Positions 1 to 7,991 of a DNA stretch of 46,486 bases are shown piece by piece. Each line of letters begins with the position of its first letter. Position 1 is the first letter of the stretch. The stretch spans positions 1-46,486 of the IMG/VR virus record IMGVR_UViG_3300017565_000009, one strand, 5' to 3'. The position numbers and the translations under genes were made by a program. A model generated the notes under the pieces. The model was not told the DNA's origin and did not search any database. It saw nothing but the letters and a program-made list of their open reading frames with translations. This stretch comes from a virus.

Positions 1-123
1 CGACGTTCCAACCCAGCGCCGCTTTCGGGGAGATCGTCACGGACTCATCAGGATTGAGCACGGTCAACGTCCACCAGCCCTACTCCCCGCCGACCAGTGA
101 CGCCGACGCCTCGCCGTTCGTAG
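1..123. repeat. Terminal overlap: bases 1-123 are identical to 46364-46486. This marks a circular or terminally redundant genome with 46363 bp of unique sequence.
   Basis: Base-by-base comparison of the two window ends. A single reading frame continues across the junction. Confidence 0.95.
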
Positions 124-1148
124 GGATGGTCAAACGCATGTTCCCCAATGAGCGTGACCATCAGATTTTGTTCAGTTACATGGCGGCGCTTCTCCAGCAT
201 CCGGGCGTTAAATTCCGCTGGTGGCCGGTCATTCAGGGCGTAAAAGGCTCCGGCAAGTCTTTGCTTGGCGAGATCATGAAAACGTTCTTCAAGCCCGAAT
301 ACCGATACGTCGCCGGGTATGATGAGACCAAGGGCGATTCAAACCATAACGCCTGGATAGAAAACAAGCTGTTTATTGTCATTGAAGAGATTGACCAGCG
401 TAACCGCTCCAGCTTTATGGAACGTCTCAAGGAAATGGTGGCCAACAATGAGCTGTCGGTTAACCCCAAGGGCGTCGACCAGCGCATGGTCCCCAATTTT
501 GCCAACGGCCTCATCCTGACCAACCACGCCGGTGGCGTTCCGGTGGATGACGACGAGCGTCGGTATGCCATGCTGACGCAAGCGCAGCAACGCGCCCAGG
601 ACCTGAAGGCCCACGGCATGACGGAGGATTATTTTCTGGGCATGGACAACTGGCTGCGGCGAGAGGGAGGTTTCGCGGCGATCGCCGGCTGGTTGATGCG
701 CTACCAGATCCCCGACGAACTAAACCCGGCCACCCGCGCCCTGCGCGCGCCGCGCACCACCACCTGGGCCAAGGCCGTCAATGACTCGCTCACCATTGCT
801 GAGCAAGAGGTGGTCGACGCGATTGAAGAGGGACGCCCGGGCTTCCGGGGCGGATGGGTGAGCGGCCACTACATGGCGATGCTGATGGAAGAGAAACGGA
901 TCAAGGCCACGCCCCGCAGCCGGGACCAGATTCTCGAAAAGCTGGGCTTTATCCGGCACCCCGCCCTTGTCTCCGGACGCCCCAACTCCCCCGTCATGCC
1001 GGACAACAAACGGTCGGTGCTATACGTGCGCGCCGGGCATCCCGTTTGCCTGGAGGCGCGGCCCGTCGCAGCTGCGGAGCATTATTCCAAAATGCAGCTC
1101 AATGCCCCCGTGGCCACGGATGCAGAAATAGCGTTCATTTCCCAATGA
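1..1148 (+). CDS. Primase-helicase, C-terminal SF3 (D5/P4-type) helicase part. It continues 45115-46486 across the circular junction, giving about 798 aa in total.
   Basis: The frame is continuous with 45115-46486 once the 123-bp overlap is removed. Walker A is GVKGSGKS and Walker B is FIVIEEID. The ATG at 54 in the track is internal. Confidence 0.85.
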   Translation, partial: TFQPSAAFGEIVTDSSGLSTVNVHQPYSPPTSDADASPFVGMVKRMFPNERDHQILFSYMAALLQHPGVKFRWWPVIQGVKGSGKSLLGEIMKTFFKPEYRYVAGYDETKGDSNHNAWIENKLFIVIEEIDQRNRSSFMERLKEMVANNELSVNPKGVDQRMVPNFANGLILTNHAGGVPVDDDERRYAMLTQAQQRAQDLKAHGMTEDYFLGMDNWLRREGGFAAIAGWLMRYQIPDELNPATRALRAPRTTTWAKAVNDSLTIAEQEVVDAIEEGRPGFRGGWVSGHYMAMLMEEKRIKATPRSRDQILEKLGFIRHPALVSGRPNSPVMPDNKRSVLYVRAGHPVCLEARPVAAAEHYSKMQLNAPVATDAEIAFISQ

Positions 1149-1151
1149 GTT

Positions 1152-1175
1152 AAGCCCTTCGGGGCTTTTCTTTTT
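1152..1175 (+). terminator. Rho-independent terminator after the primase-helicase gene
   Basis: AAGCCC-TTCG-GGGCTT hairpin followed by TTCTTTTT. Confidence 0.75.
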
Positions 1176-1184
1176 GCCGAGCAC

Positions 1185-1213
1185 TTGACGGGGCCGTCAA
1201 TTCGAGGGTAAGT
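1185..1213 (+). promoter_or_regulatory. Palindrome S1 (TTGACGGGGCCGTCAA, 1185-1200) overlapping a putative early promoter
   Basis: TTGACG as -35, then TAAGTT or GTAAGT 17-18 nt downstream. An adjacent 8-bp inverted repeat pairs CAATTCGA (1198-1205) with TCGAATTG (1221-1228). Confidence 0.45.
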
Positions 1214-1241
1214 TGAACCATCGAATTGAGAGGACGCCCAG

Positions 1242-1427
1242 ATGACCAACGCCGAAGCGCAATTCTTTCGCCACCACGGTCGCATCCGCGCCCACGTTAA
1301 AGGCCGCTGGTTCGTGTTTTCCGACGTCAAGGGTGGCTGGAGCAAACGCAAGCCGGCCTACCACGGCCCCATGCCGGACCAAGTCCCCGTGGCGGCAAAT
1401 CCGAGCCGCTGGGGGTTGCCGTCGTGA
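1242..1427 (+). CDS. Hypothetical small early protein (61 aa)
   Basis: ORF preceded by a GAGAGGA RBS. Its stop overlaps the next start (GTGA). Confidence 0.6.
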   Translation: MTNAEAQFFRHHGRIRAHVKGRWFVFSDVKGGWSKRKPAYHGPMPDQVPVAANPSRWGLPS

Positions 1428-1657
1428 CACCCAATTTTTCGGGAGTTTTCTTTACCGCCTTGGGAGAAGTTTTCCACCGCATTCCCTTCCGGACTGTATC
1501 GGCAGGAGGGATGGCCGTGGCGATGGATCACACGTGGCCGGTTCGTGGTGAGGAGCGCTGGACGATGATGGTCATTTACGACCACCGGGGCGAAGAGCCC
1601 GTCGCCGTGTGCCGCCGCTCTCGCACCCGTGGCGATTGGCAGAACATCAGGGATTGA
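1424..1657 (+). CDS. Hypothetical small early protein. The start is uncertain: GTG 1424, or ATG 1511 after AGGAGG.
   Basis: ORF with GTGA coupling to the upstream gene. There is an alternative internal ATG with a strong RBS. Confidence 0.45.
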   Translation: MTPNFSGVFFTALGEVFHRIPFRTVSAGGMAVAMDHTWPVRGEERWTMMVIYDHRGEEPVAVCRRSRTRGDWQNIRD

Positions 1658-1661
1658 GACC

Positions 1662-1847
1662 ATGTACGCAGTCAGCAAATTCACCCTCCGCTACGTCTAC
1701 CTGCGCCACGCGGGCAACTGGTGGCGGCTCCCCAACGAACCGGGCGGATGGGAGCGCCGGCGTCGCATGCGGAACCTGCCGGCGGACGCCAGCAACCTCG
1801 GCGCCTTGGCTCCGGCTACGGCCCGCATTCTGGGCGCGCCGTCATGA
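1662..1847 (+). CDS. Hypothetical small early protein (61 aa)
   Basis: ATG 1662 follows the upstream stop by 4 nt. The stop overlaps the next start (ATGA). Confidence 0.55.
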   Translation: MYAVSKFTLRYVYLRHAGNWWRLPNEPGGWERRRRMRNLPADASNLGALAPATARILGAPS

Positions 1848-2074
1848 GCTGGAGAGATGTGCAACGGCGGTTCTGGCCCGCGCCGCGCGCCGAGGCGCCT
1901 CTCATCACCTACCGCTACCCCAGCGCCTACGGGGGCTGGATCACCATTGGGGCCCGGGATTACCGGGAAGCGTTGCGTGAAGCAAACCGCTCGCTGTCCT
2001 ATCCCAACGCCCAAAAGGAACATCTGGAGATTTGGAATGCCGACCATGGAAAATGGGAGCCCTGCGAGGGGTGA
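1844..2074 (+). CDS. Hypothetical small early protein (76 aa)
   Basis: ATGA overlap with the upstream gene, in an ORF in the coding-strand series. Confidence 0.55.
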   Translation: MSWRDVQRRFWPAPRAEAPLITYRYPSAYGGWITIGARDYREALREANRSLSYPNAQKEHLEIWNADHGKWEPCEG

Positions 2075-2585
2075 GGTTTACTGGCACATCGCCACCGGAG
2101 CCGTAAATTCGGCGGTTTGGGATGGGGACAAAGTCGACCTACAGCGCCAGGAAGCCGGCAATGTTTTCTGGTCGCCCCGGGAGGCCCGCGCCCATCTGGA
2201 CGGCGTGCCGTATATCGGCCCGGGCGATCCCATCCCGACTTACGAGCGCGCGAAGCAATTGCATCAGATGATGCGGCTGGTGGATTTCAAAGGTTGCGAT
2301 GGGGGGTGGCATCGGGCCCGGCGTATTGGCGTGGGGATTGAGGACCGGGAATTTCGCGTCGCCCCAGTGGTCGAGGCGCATCTGGAATTGCCGGAACCGA
2401 TGCGACGCGCGCCAGCCATCGGGGCGGACGTCTGGTTTATCGCTCGCGGCGGCCGCGTAAAATGGGACGGGAGCGAGTGGGCCTTCGCGCAACTTCGCGC
2501 AGGTCTGGTCCACGCCTCCCAAGAGGGTTACCTCGCCACCCTCGCCGCCATCGGTTCCGCACTTGCTTTCACCTCGGAGGGTTGA
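2037..2585 (+). CDS. Hypothetical protein with two copies of a WDG...L..G...A repeat domain (182 aa)
   Basis: GGAG RBS 9 nt before ATG 2037. The internal duplication is VYWHI..VWDGDKVDL..AGNVFWSPREARAHL and VWFIA..VKWDGSEWAFAQLRAGLVHASQEGYLATL. Confidence 0.6.
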   Translation: MPTMENGSPARGEVYWHIATGAVNSAVWDGDKVDLQRQEAGNVFWSPREARAHLDGVPYIGPGDPIPTYERAKQLHQMMRLVDFKGCDGGWHRARRIGVGIEDREFRVAPVVEAHLELPEPMRRAPAIGADVWFIARGGRVKWDGSEWAFAQLRAGLVHASQEGYLATLAAIGSALAFTSEG

Positions 2586-2588
2586 TCC

Positions 2589-2948
2589 ATGTTCTCACGC
2601 TCCCTTGCCGCCATCGTTGCGGCCCTCACCCTGACCGTGGCCATCTCGGCGCCGCTCAACCTCAACTACGTTCCCAACGGAACCTTGTGGGCGCTGGCGT
2701 GCGGGTCATCGCTGGGCATCTATGTGTTTTACGCCAGCTCCGGCCGGGCGGCATGGTCACGGTTTCTGTTTCTTCTCGGCGCCGCTGTCGCGACGGTTCC
2801 GGTCGCGGGCTTCACGCGCGCCGCCCAACAGACCAATGCCATGGACCAATTTGGGCAGGGAATGGCCGCCGTCACGGTCGGGTTCTTCAGCGTGTTTGTC
2901 ATCATGATTTTGTGGGCGGGCGCCTGGGCGCTGAGCCGGAGGGGTTGA
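2589..2948 (+). CDS. Integral membrane protein (119 aa, about 4 hydrophobic helices)
   Basis: GGAGGG RBS. The translation is dominated by long hydrophobic segments. Confidence 0.7.
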   Translation: MFSRSLAAIVAALTLTVAISAPLNLNYVPNGTLWALACGSSLGIYVFYASSGRAAWSRFLFLLGAAVATVPVAGFTRAAQQTNAMDQFGQGMAAVTVGFFSVFVIMILWAGAWALSRRG

Positions 2949-2949
2949 G

Positions 2950-3567
2950 ATGATGACAACAACCCTCGCACAACGATTGCTGGTTGAGGATGATTTGCGG
3001 AAGCGCGCCGGGCGTCTGGTCTACATCCCATGCGACTCCAGTCAGGAGAACGCCAACAAGCGCGGCGCGCTTTGCTGGTGGGGGCGCCGGCGGGGGCTTC
3101 AGTTTGACGAGATCGCCAACATCCTGCAGTGCAGCGAGTCGACGGCGCACCGGCAGTTCCATCGCTTCAACAAGGTGGCCGCGCCAGACGCCTCGCCGGC
3201 CGAAGCGCTCAGGGCATATGAGAAGTTCCTCGCGGCGGGGGTGCGGGATCGGGTGGCCCGGCGTGCGGACAAGAAAGACGAGGATTTCGCCGTGAAATCT
3301 GGAAGCCTTCGGGCCCTTGCGGAAGATGTGGCCGGGATGGTCCCCGATGTCCCGGCGCGGCGCGCGGCGCTCTACTATTGGGCCAACTACCGTATGGGGA
3401 TGTCGCAAGCCGAGGTGGCTCGCGTGTTCGAGCGCAGCCCCACGGATGTCAGCCGGCACGTCCTGGAGGTGCGCGATCGTATCCGCGCCGGATTGGTCAA
3501 GGTCATGCCGGCCGGCGCGCCGGCCTACGTCGTCGCGGATCTTGCCGAACAGATGCGGCCATCGTGA
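2950..3567 (+). CDS. DNA-binding protein with two tandem sigma-70 region-4-like (ECF sigma4-like) HTH domains
   Basis: GLQFDEIANILQCSESTAHRQFHRFNK and GMSQAEVARVFERSPTDVSRHVLEVRDRIRAGL both follow the G-L-S-x-x-E-I-A-x-x-L-x-x-S-x-x-T-V pattern of sigma region 4.2. Confidence 0.6.
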   Translation: MMTTTLAQRLLVEDDLRKRAGRLVYIPCDSSQENANKRGALCWWGRRRGLQFDEIANILQCSESTAHRQFHRFNKVAAPDASPAEALRAYEKFLAAGVRDRVARRADKKDEDFAVKSGSLRALAEDVAGMVPDVPARRAALYYWANYRMGMSQAEVARVFERSPTDVSRHVLEVRDRIRAGLVKVMPAGAPAYVVADLAEQMRPS

Positions 3568-4709
3568 TTGACTTTGCCAGTGTGTGCAGCGGGATTGAGG
3601 CGGCCAGCGTGGCGTGGCATCCGTTGGGGTGGCGCGCTGCGTGGCTATCCGAGATTGACCGCAAGGCATCGGGGCTACTCGCGCACCATTACCCCAACAC
3701 CCCCAACTATGGCGACATGACCACGCTGGCGCCTCGCATCCGCGCCGGGGAGATCGCCGCACCCCCGCTCCTGGTTGGCGGCACGCCCTGCCAGAGCTAT
3801 TCCATCGCCGGCGCCCGGCAAGGGCTGGCCGACCCGCGCGGAGTGCTGACGATGCATTACGTCGACATTCTCAACGCGCTGGATGAGCGGCGCGCGGCGG
3901 CCGGAGATGGGCCGGCGCTTTGTCTGTGGGAGAACGTCCCGGGAGTCCTCAATGACAAAACCAACGCCTTCGGAAACTTCCTCGCAGCACTGGCCGGCGC
4001 GGGGCGCGCATATGACCCTCCAGACGGACGACGCTGGTCCGTCGCTGGTTGTGTGTTTGGACCCCGCCGCGTTGTCGCGTGGCGGGTTCTCGACGCCCAA
4101 TATTTCGGCTTGGCCCAACGACGCAAGCGTGTGTTCGTTGTGGCAAGTGCTCGACCCGGGCCCGATCCCCGAGAAATACTTTTTGAGCGCGAAGGCGTGC
4201 GCAGGGATTTTGCGCCGAGCCGAGAACCGTGGCAAGAAGTTGCCGGAACTATTACGGCAAGCGCTGGAAGAAGGAACGGTATCGGGAGCGATTTTGGCGG
4301 AAACCTTATCGCTTTCGGCGGCGGACGGACCGGTGGACCAATTGACGTCGCTGCCTGCCTGACGGCGCGGGGCCAACGGATAGATTTTGAAGTCGAGACG
4401 TTTGCCGTGTCGGTAGCGCTCCGGGGCCGCGACGGCGGCGCCACAGCGGAGCTTGGTGACGAGGTGGCCGGATGCTTGCGGGCGTCAACCGGGGGCGGGG
4501 ACAAACCGCATGTGCTGGCCGCCGCGCGCGTCCGTCGCCTCACCCCCACCGAATGCGAGCGCCTTCAGGGCTTTCCGGTGGGTTACACGGATGCGCCACG
4601 CGGCAACCGGCAGGCGGCTGACGGCACGCGCTACAAAGAGCTGGGCAACAGCAAGGCCGTCCCCGTGGTGCGGTGGATTGGCGAAAGGATTCAAAAATGC
4701 CTGACGTAA
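3564..4709 (+). CDS. DNA (cytosine-5)-methyltransferase
   Basis: C5-MTase motifs appear in order: CSGIE (I), GTPCQSYS (IV), ENVPG (VI), QRRKRVFVV (VIII), TPTECERLQGFPVGYT and GNSKAVPVV (X). The GTG start overlaps the upstream stop (GTGA). Confidence 0.9.
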   Translation: MIDFASVCSGIEAASVAWHPLGWRAAWLSEIDRKASGLLAHHYPNTPNYGDMTTLAPRIRAGEIAAPPLLVGGTPCQSYSIAGARQGLADPRGVLTMHYVDILNALDERRAAAGDGPALCLWENVPGVLNDKTNAFGNFLAALAGAGRAYDPPDGRRWSVAGCVFGPRRVVAWRVLDAQYFGLAQRRKRVFVVASARPGPDPREILFEREGVRRDFAPSREPWQEVAGTITASAGRRNGIGSDFGGNLIAFGGGRTGGPIDVAACLTARGQRIDFEVETFAVSVALRGRDGGATAELGDEVAGCLRASTGGGDKPHVLAAARVRRLTPTECERLQGFPVGYTDAPRGNRQAADGTRYKELGNSKAVPVVRWIGERIQKCLT

Positions 4710-5629
4710 CATTGTTGCATGGATGCAGCCTGGAGCTGTTGCGCATGTGGCCATCCAACAGCGTGGACAGCGTCGTGACGGACCCGCCATATGCGCTGGT
4801 GTCGATCGTCAAACGGTTCGGTGGGGAGGGCGCGGCGCCGGCAAAAGGAGATGTATACGCCCGGGCCTCGGCGGGCTTCATGGGCCAGCAGTGGGACACG
4901 GGCGAAGTAGCGTTCGCTGTCGAATTTTGGTCCGAGGTGATGCGGGTGCTCAAGCCGGGTGGCCACGTGTTGGCGTTTTCCGGGAGCCGCACATATCACC
5001 GGCTCGCCGTCGCTATTGAGGACGCGGGCTTTGAGATCCGAGACCAGATCATGTGGCTGTACGGGAGCGGATTCCCGAAGTCGCATGATGTGAGCAAGGG
5101 GATTGACAAGGCGGCGGGGGTAGAACGGGACGTAGTTGGGACTGTTCGTGCTGGTATTGGACGCGTTAGCAGAAACGGCGGTGAGCTTGTCGGTGGCGTT
5201 TGTGACGAGGGGGCCAAGCGGGTTGCGGTAGCCACCCCTGCAACCGACGCCGCCAAACAATGGGAAGGTTGGGGAACTGCGCTGAAACCGGCCCATGAGC
5301 CAATCGTCATGGCCCGCAAACCTCTTGTCGGCACGGTCGCCGCCAATGTGCTGGCGCACGGGACGGGGGCAATTAACGTGGACGGGTGTCGGGTGGGGGA
5401 TGAGCCGATGCAGGCTACCGCCAGCAACGGCGTCCTGATCTCGGAAAATGGAAGCATGGCCGGCGGCAACTATGGCAGAGTTGCCGCCGGCACAAAAACC
5501 GGTCGCTGGCCCGCCAACATCATCCACGACGGCAGCGACGAGGTTGTGGCGGCGTTTCCGAACAGTAAGTCTGGAGTGGAGAGTGCCCCCCGTGGCACGG
5601 GGGGGGATATGGTCTGGCGTAAGCAATAG
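4697..5629 (+). CDS. Beta-class amino DNA methyltransferase (N6-adenine or N4-cytosine), N-terminal fragment. It ends 7 codons after a G8 tract.
   Basis: VVTDPPY catalytic motif near the N-terminus. AAGGA RBS before ATG 4697. A premature stop follows the homopolymer. Confidence 0.8.
   Translation: MPDVTLLHGCSLELLRMWPSNSVDSVVTDPPYALVSIVKRFGGEGAAPAKGDVYARASAGFMGQQWDTGEVAFAVEFWSEVMRVLKPGGHVLAFSGSRTYHRLAVAIEDAGFEIRDQIMWLYGSGFPKSHDVSKGIDKAAGVERDVVGTVRAGIGRVSRNGGELVGGVCDEGAKRVAVATPATDAAKQWEGWGTALKPAHEPIVMARKPLVGTVAANVLAHGTGAINVDGCRVGDEPMQATASNGVLISENGSMAGGNYGRVAAGTKTGRWPANIIHDGSDEVVAAFPNSKSGVESAPRGTGGDMVWRKQ
5599..5606 (+). repeat. G8 homopolymer at the frameshift point of the methyltransferase gene
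   Basis: Upstream of the tract the coding frame is that of 4697. Downstream it is the +1 frame. Seven Gs would give an intact 409-aa ORF. Confidence 0.9.
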
Positions 5630-5927
5630 CCCATGTGGACCTCAGTACGGCGACTCCGGATCCGCCGCCCGCTTCTTCTATTGCGCCAAGCCAGGCAAGG
5701 CGGAGCGTGGCGAGGGCAACAACCACCCCACCGTCAAGCCCCTCAAGCTGATGGCCTATCTGTGCCGGCTGGTGACGCCGCCCGGGGGACTCATCCTCGA
5801 CCCGTTCGCCGGATCCGGGACGACAGGAATTGCCGCCCGCGACGCCGGCTTTCGCGCCCTGCTGATGGAACGTGAAGATGCGTATGTGAAAATTATCCGC
5901 CAGCGCTTGACGGCTTCGTCAACTTAA
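5607..5927 (+). CDS. Same methyltransferase, C-terminal fragment (AdoMet-binding domain) in the +1 frame
   Basis: GDSGSAARFFYCAK, HPTVKPLKLMAYL and LDPFAGSGTTG (FxGxG) are the hallmark C-terminal motifs of beta-class MTases. Confidence 0.8.
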   Translation: MWSGVSNSPCGPQYGDSGSAARFFYCAKPGKAERGEGNNHPTVKPLKLMAYLCRLVTPPGGLILDPFAGSGTTGIAARDAGFRALLMEREDAYVKIIRQRLTASST

Positions 5928-5935
5928 AATATTAA
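5907..5935 (+). promoter_or_regulatory. Palindrome S2 (TTGACGGCTTCGTCAA, 5907-5922) that is part of a strong sigma70-like promoter
   Basis: TTGACG, a 17-nt spacer, then TATTAA (5930-5935). An RBS (GGAGGA) and ATG 5960 lie downstream. Confidence 0.6.
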
Positions 5936-5959
5936 CTGAGCATCACTGGAGGACGCGAG

Positions 5960-6367
5960 ATGACTGAAACGCAAGAGTTGTTCAACGCGCGAGAGATGCT
6001 GGACGCTGACGACGCATGGCAAGAGCTTTGCGAAAAGGACGACCGCACGTCTCCTGATGAATACCCCAACCACGCGCTGATCACCCGTGACGAATTGGCG
6101 GCTTACGTGCGCGCCCCCACCTGCCCACCCGGCCACATCATGATCGGTGATCGCGCCGTGCCGGAGCCGATGCGGGAAGCGCCGGAGGTTGGCGCGCATG
6201 TCTACCTTGTCGGTCCGGGCGATCGAGATCTGTGCAGCATTATTCGGTGGGACGGCTCGCGGTTCTTCGCGGAGCTGCTAGATCGCGGCCTCATCCACTC
6301 CACCGAAGCCAACGCCCGCGCTCACGCAAAGGCAATCATCGCTATGTCTGCTGGGGAGAGCGTGTGA
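5960..6367 (+). CDS. Hypothetical protein (135 aa). It has an acidic N-terminus and a C-terminal WDG...L..G...A domain related to the 2037-2585 product.
   Basis: GGAGGA RBS. IIRWDGSRFFAELLDRGLIHSTEANARAHAKAI resembles the repeats in 2037-2585. Confidence 0.65.
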   Translation: MTETQELFNAREMLDADDAWQELCEKDDRTSPDEYPNHALITRDELAAYVRAPTCPPGHIMIGDRAVPEPMREAPEVGAHVYLVGPGDRDLCSIIRWDGSRFFAELLDRGLIHSTEANARAHAKAIIAMSAGESV

Positions 6368-7128
6368 TGCAGCCAGCCCCGGGAGACGTGATCGCCGTCT
6401 GGTTTAGCAATGGCGCTGCCAGCGCGATCGCATGGCAGGAAACCCTTCGCAGGTATGGCGACATGTGCGACGTGCGCGCCATCAACAACCCTGTTGCGGA
6501 GGAAGACGAGGACAACCTACGTTTTGGCGCTGACGTGTCGAAATGGCTGGGTCGCCCGCTGATTGAGTGCGTCAACCCTAAATTCCCAACCGCTTCAGCC
6601 GTCGATGTGTGGGCCAAGCGCGGCGCTATGAGCTTCATCCATGGTGCGCCATGCACGGTGCATCTGAAAAAAGAGGCCAGGCAGCATTACGAGCGTCAGA
6701 ACAAAGTCGACTGGCATGTTTTGGGCTTCACCGTTGAAGAAAAGCGGCGGCATGACCGATTTGTACTAACAGAGCGGAGCAACGTCTTGCCCGTGCTCAT
6801 CGAAGCCGGACTGTCAAAACAAGACTGCTTTGACCGGATACTCGCCGCCGGCATCGCCCCGCCAGCCGTGTACGCCAAGGGCTTCCCGAACGCTAACTGC
6901 ATCGGGTGTGTTAAGGCAACGAGCCCGACGTACTGGAACCTGGTGCGGGAGAAATACCCCGAAGTTTTCGCAGCCAGGGCCAAGCAGGGGCGCGAACTGG
7001 GCGGCGGAAAACTGGTTCGATACCAGGGAAAGCGCATCTTTCTGGATGAACTGCCTGCCGACGCCAAGGGCCGCAACCTCAAGAACATGACCTTTGAATG
7101 CGGCATCTTTTGCGAGGAACGTCCATGA
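6367..7128 (+). CDS. PAPS-reductase-fold (PP-loop, adenine nucleotide alpha-hydrolase) protein
   Basis: The N-terminal VWFSNGAAS sits in the PP-loop position (degenerate SGGxDS). The C-terminal ECGIFC resembles the CysH ECGLH motif. There is also a CIGC pair. TGATG overlap with the upstream gene. Confidence 0.6.
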   Translation: MQPAPGDVIAVWFSNGAASAIAWQETLRRYGDMCDVRAINNPVAEEDEDNLRFGADVSKWLGRPLIECVNPKFPTASAVDVWAKRGAMSFIHGAPCTVHLKKEARQHYERQNKVDWHVLGFTVEEKRRHDRFVLTERSNVLPVLIEAGLSKQDCFDRILAAGIAPPAVYAKGFPNANCIGCVKATSPTYWNLVREKYPEVFAARAKQGRELGGGKLVRYQGKRIFLDELPADAKGRNLKNMTFECGIFCEERP

Positions 7129-7358
7129 CTGACCGCACAGAGCGCGAGGGGCCGACATATGCCGATGGTCGATACCTTGTCCTGCCGGACGGGTCACGAC
7201 TTGGCCCTTTCTCCAGTCATTGGGCAGCATGCGCCGCGATGGTCCGCAGGAGCGATCCGACGTTTGTGTCACTCGGCGGCGACATGCCGAGCGATCTGGC
7301 GATAGAGGCCGGCCGCCCCACCGAAGCCCTTGCGGGTAAGGGAGGTGGGAATGTCTGA
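7125..7358 (+). CDS. Hypothetical protein (77 aa)
   Basis: ATGA coupling to the upstream gene. Confidence 0.55.
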   Translation: MTDRTEREGPTYADGRYLVLPDGSRLGPFSSHWAACAAMVRRSDPTFVSLGGDMPSDLAIEAGRPTEALAGKGGGNV

Positions 7359-7641
7359 CAAACTGACCATGGCGCAGCGCTGGGCGCTGCAAGCAATCGC
7401 AGACGGCCACGGCTGGTCCCCTGCGTCCCTCGGCCAAAAGATGATGGAGCGCCACGGAGCCGTCCCGGCTTGGCGTGGCACGATGCAATACAAGGCCCAG
7501 GGCTACGGCCGGATGGGCGGGGCCATGGCCGCGAGGTTGGAGCGCATGGGCCTCGTCAGTCTCTGGCGCGACGCCCGTGGCCGGAAATGGGCCGAGCCTA
7601 CAGCCGCCGGCCGCGCCGCCCTCAAGGAGGATCGCCCATGA
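7351..7641 (+). CDS. Small winged-helix-like DNA-binding protein (96 aa)
   Basis: GGAGGTGGGA RBS. The pattern MAARLERMGLVSL...AEPTAAGRAAL is typical of MarR-like wHTH proteins. Confidence 0.5.
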   Translation: MSDKLTMAQRWALQAIADGHGWSPASLGQKMMERHGAVPAWRGTMQYKAQGYGRMGGAMAARLERMGLVSLWRDARGRKWAEPTAAGRAALKEDRP

Positions 7642-7991
7642 GTAAGATCAACGATGATGGTCGCACATGGCCCTGCTCCATCAATGACAAGGGCTACGTC
7701 CAACCATGTTGGGCAATGGCGGAAAGCTTGGAGGACAATTTCGGGCGCGGAACGCGGGCGCAAGGGCTGAAGCTGGTTTCGCTGGTCAACACCAGAACGC
7801 ACGAAGGCGCTGGCTCCATGATCATTTGCAAGAGCGGGGGCCATTCAAAGCGCGGCATGACCATGAATTGGTGTCCGTTCTGCGGCGGATGGATCCGCAA
7901 GAACAAGACACAAGCCGAGTTTATTGCCGAGGTCGAAGCTGCGAAGGCCGAAGACGCTGCCCGCACCCAGGGAGGCGACGCCGATGGGTGA
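7638..7991 (+). CDS. Hypothetical protein with a CPFCGG zinc-ribbon-like element (117 aa)
   Basis: ATGA coupling to the upstream gene. ORF in series. Confidence 0.55.
   Translation: MSKINDDGRTWPCSINDKGYVQPCWAMAESLEDNFGRGTRAQGLKLVSLVNTRTHEGAGSMIICKSGGHSKRGMTMNWCPFCGGWIRKNKTQAEFIAEVEAAKAEDAARTQGGDADG

Noticed and set aside
54-1148. ATG 54 as the start of an independent 364-aa helicase
   Set aside because: The frame is open upstream to base 1 and continues from 45115-46486 through the circular junction, so ATG 54 is internal.
3104-3119. An additional one-mismatch dyad, TTGACGAGATCGCCAA, in the middle of a gene
   Set aside because: About one such one-mismatch hit is expected by chance by my rough estimate. 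It lacks the shared flanking bases and is not at a gene boundary.
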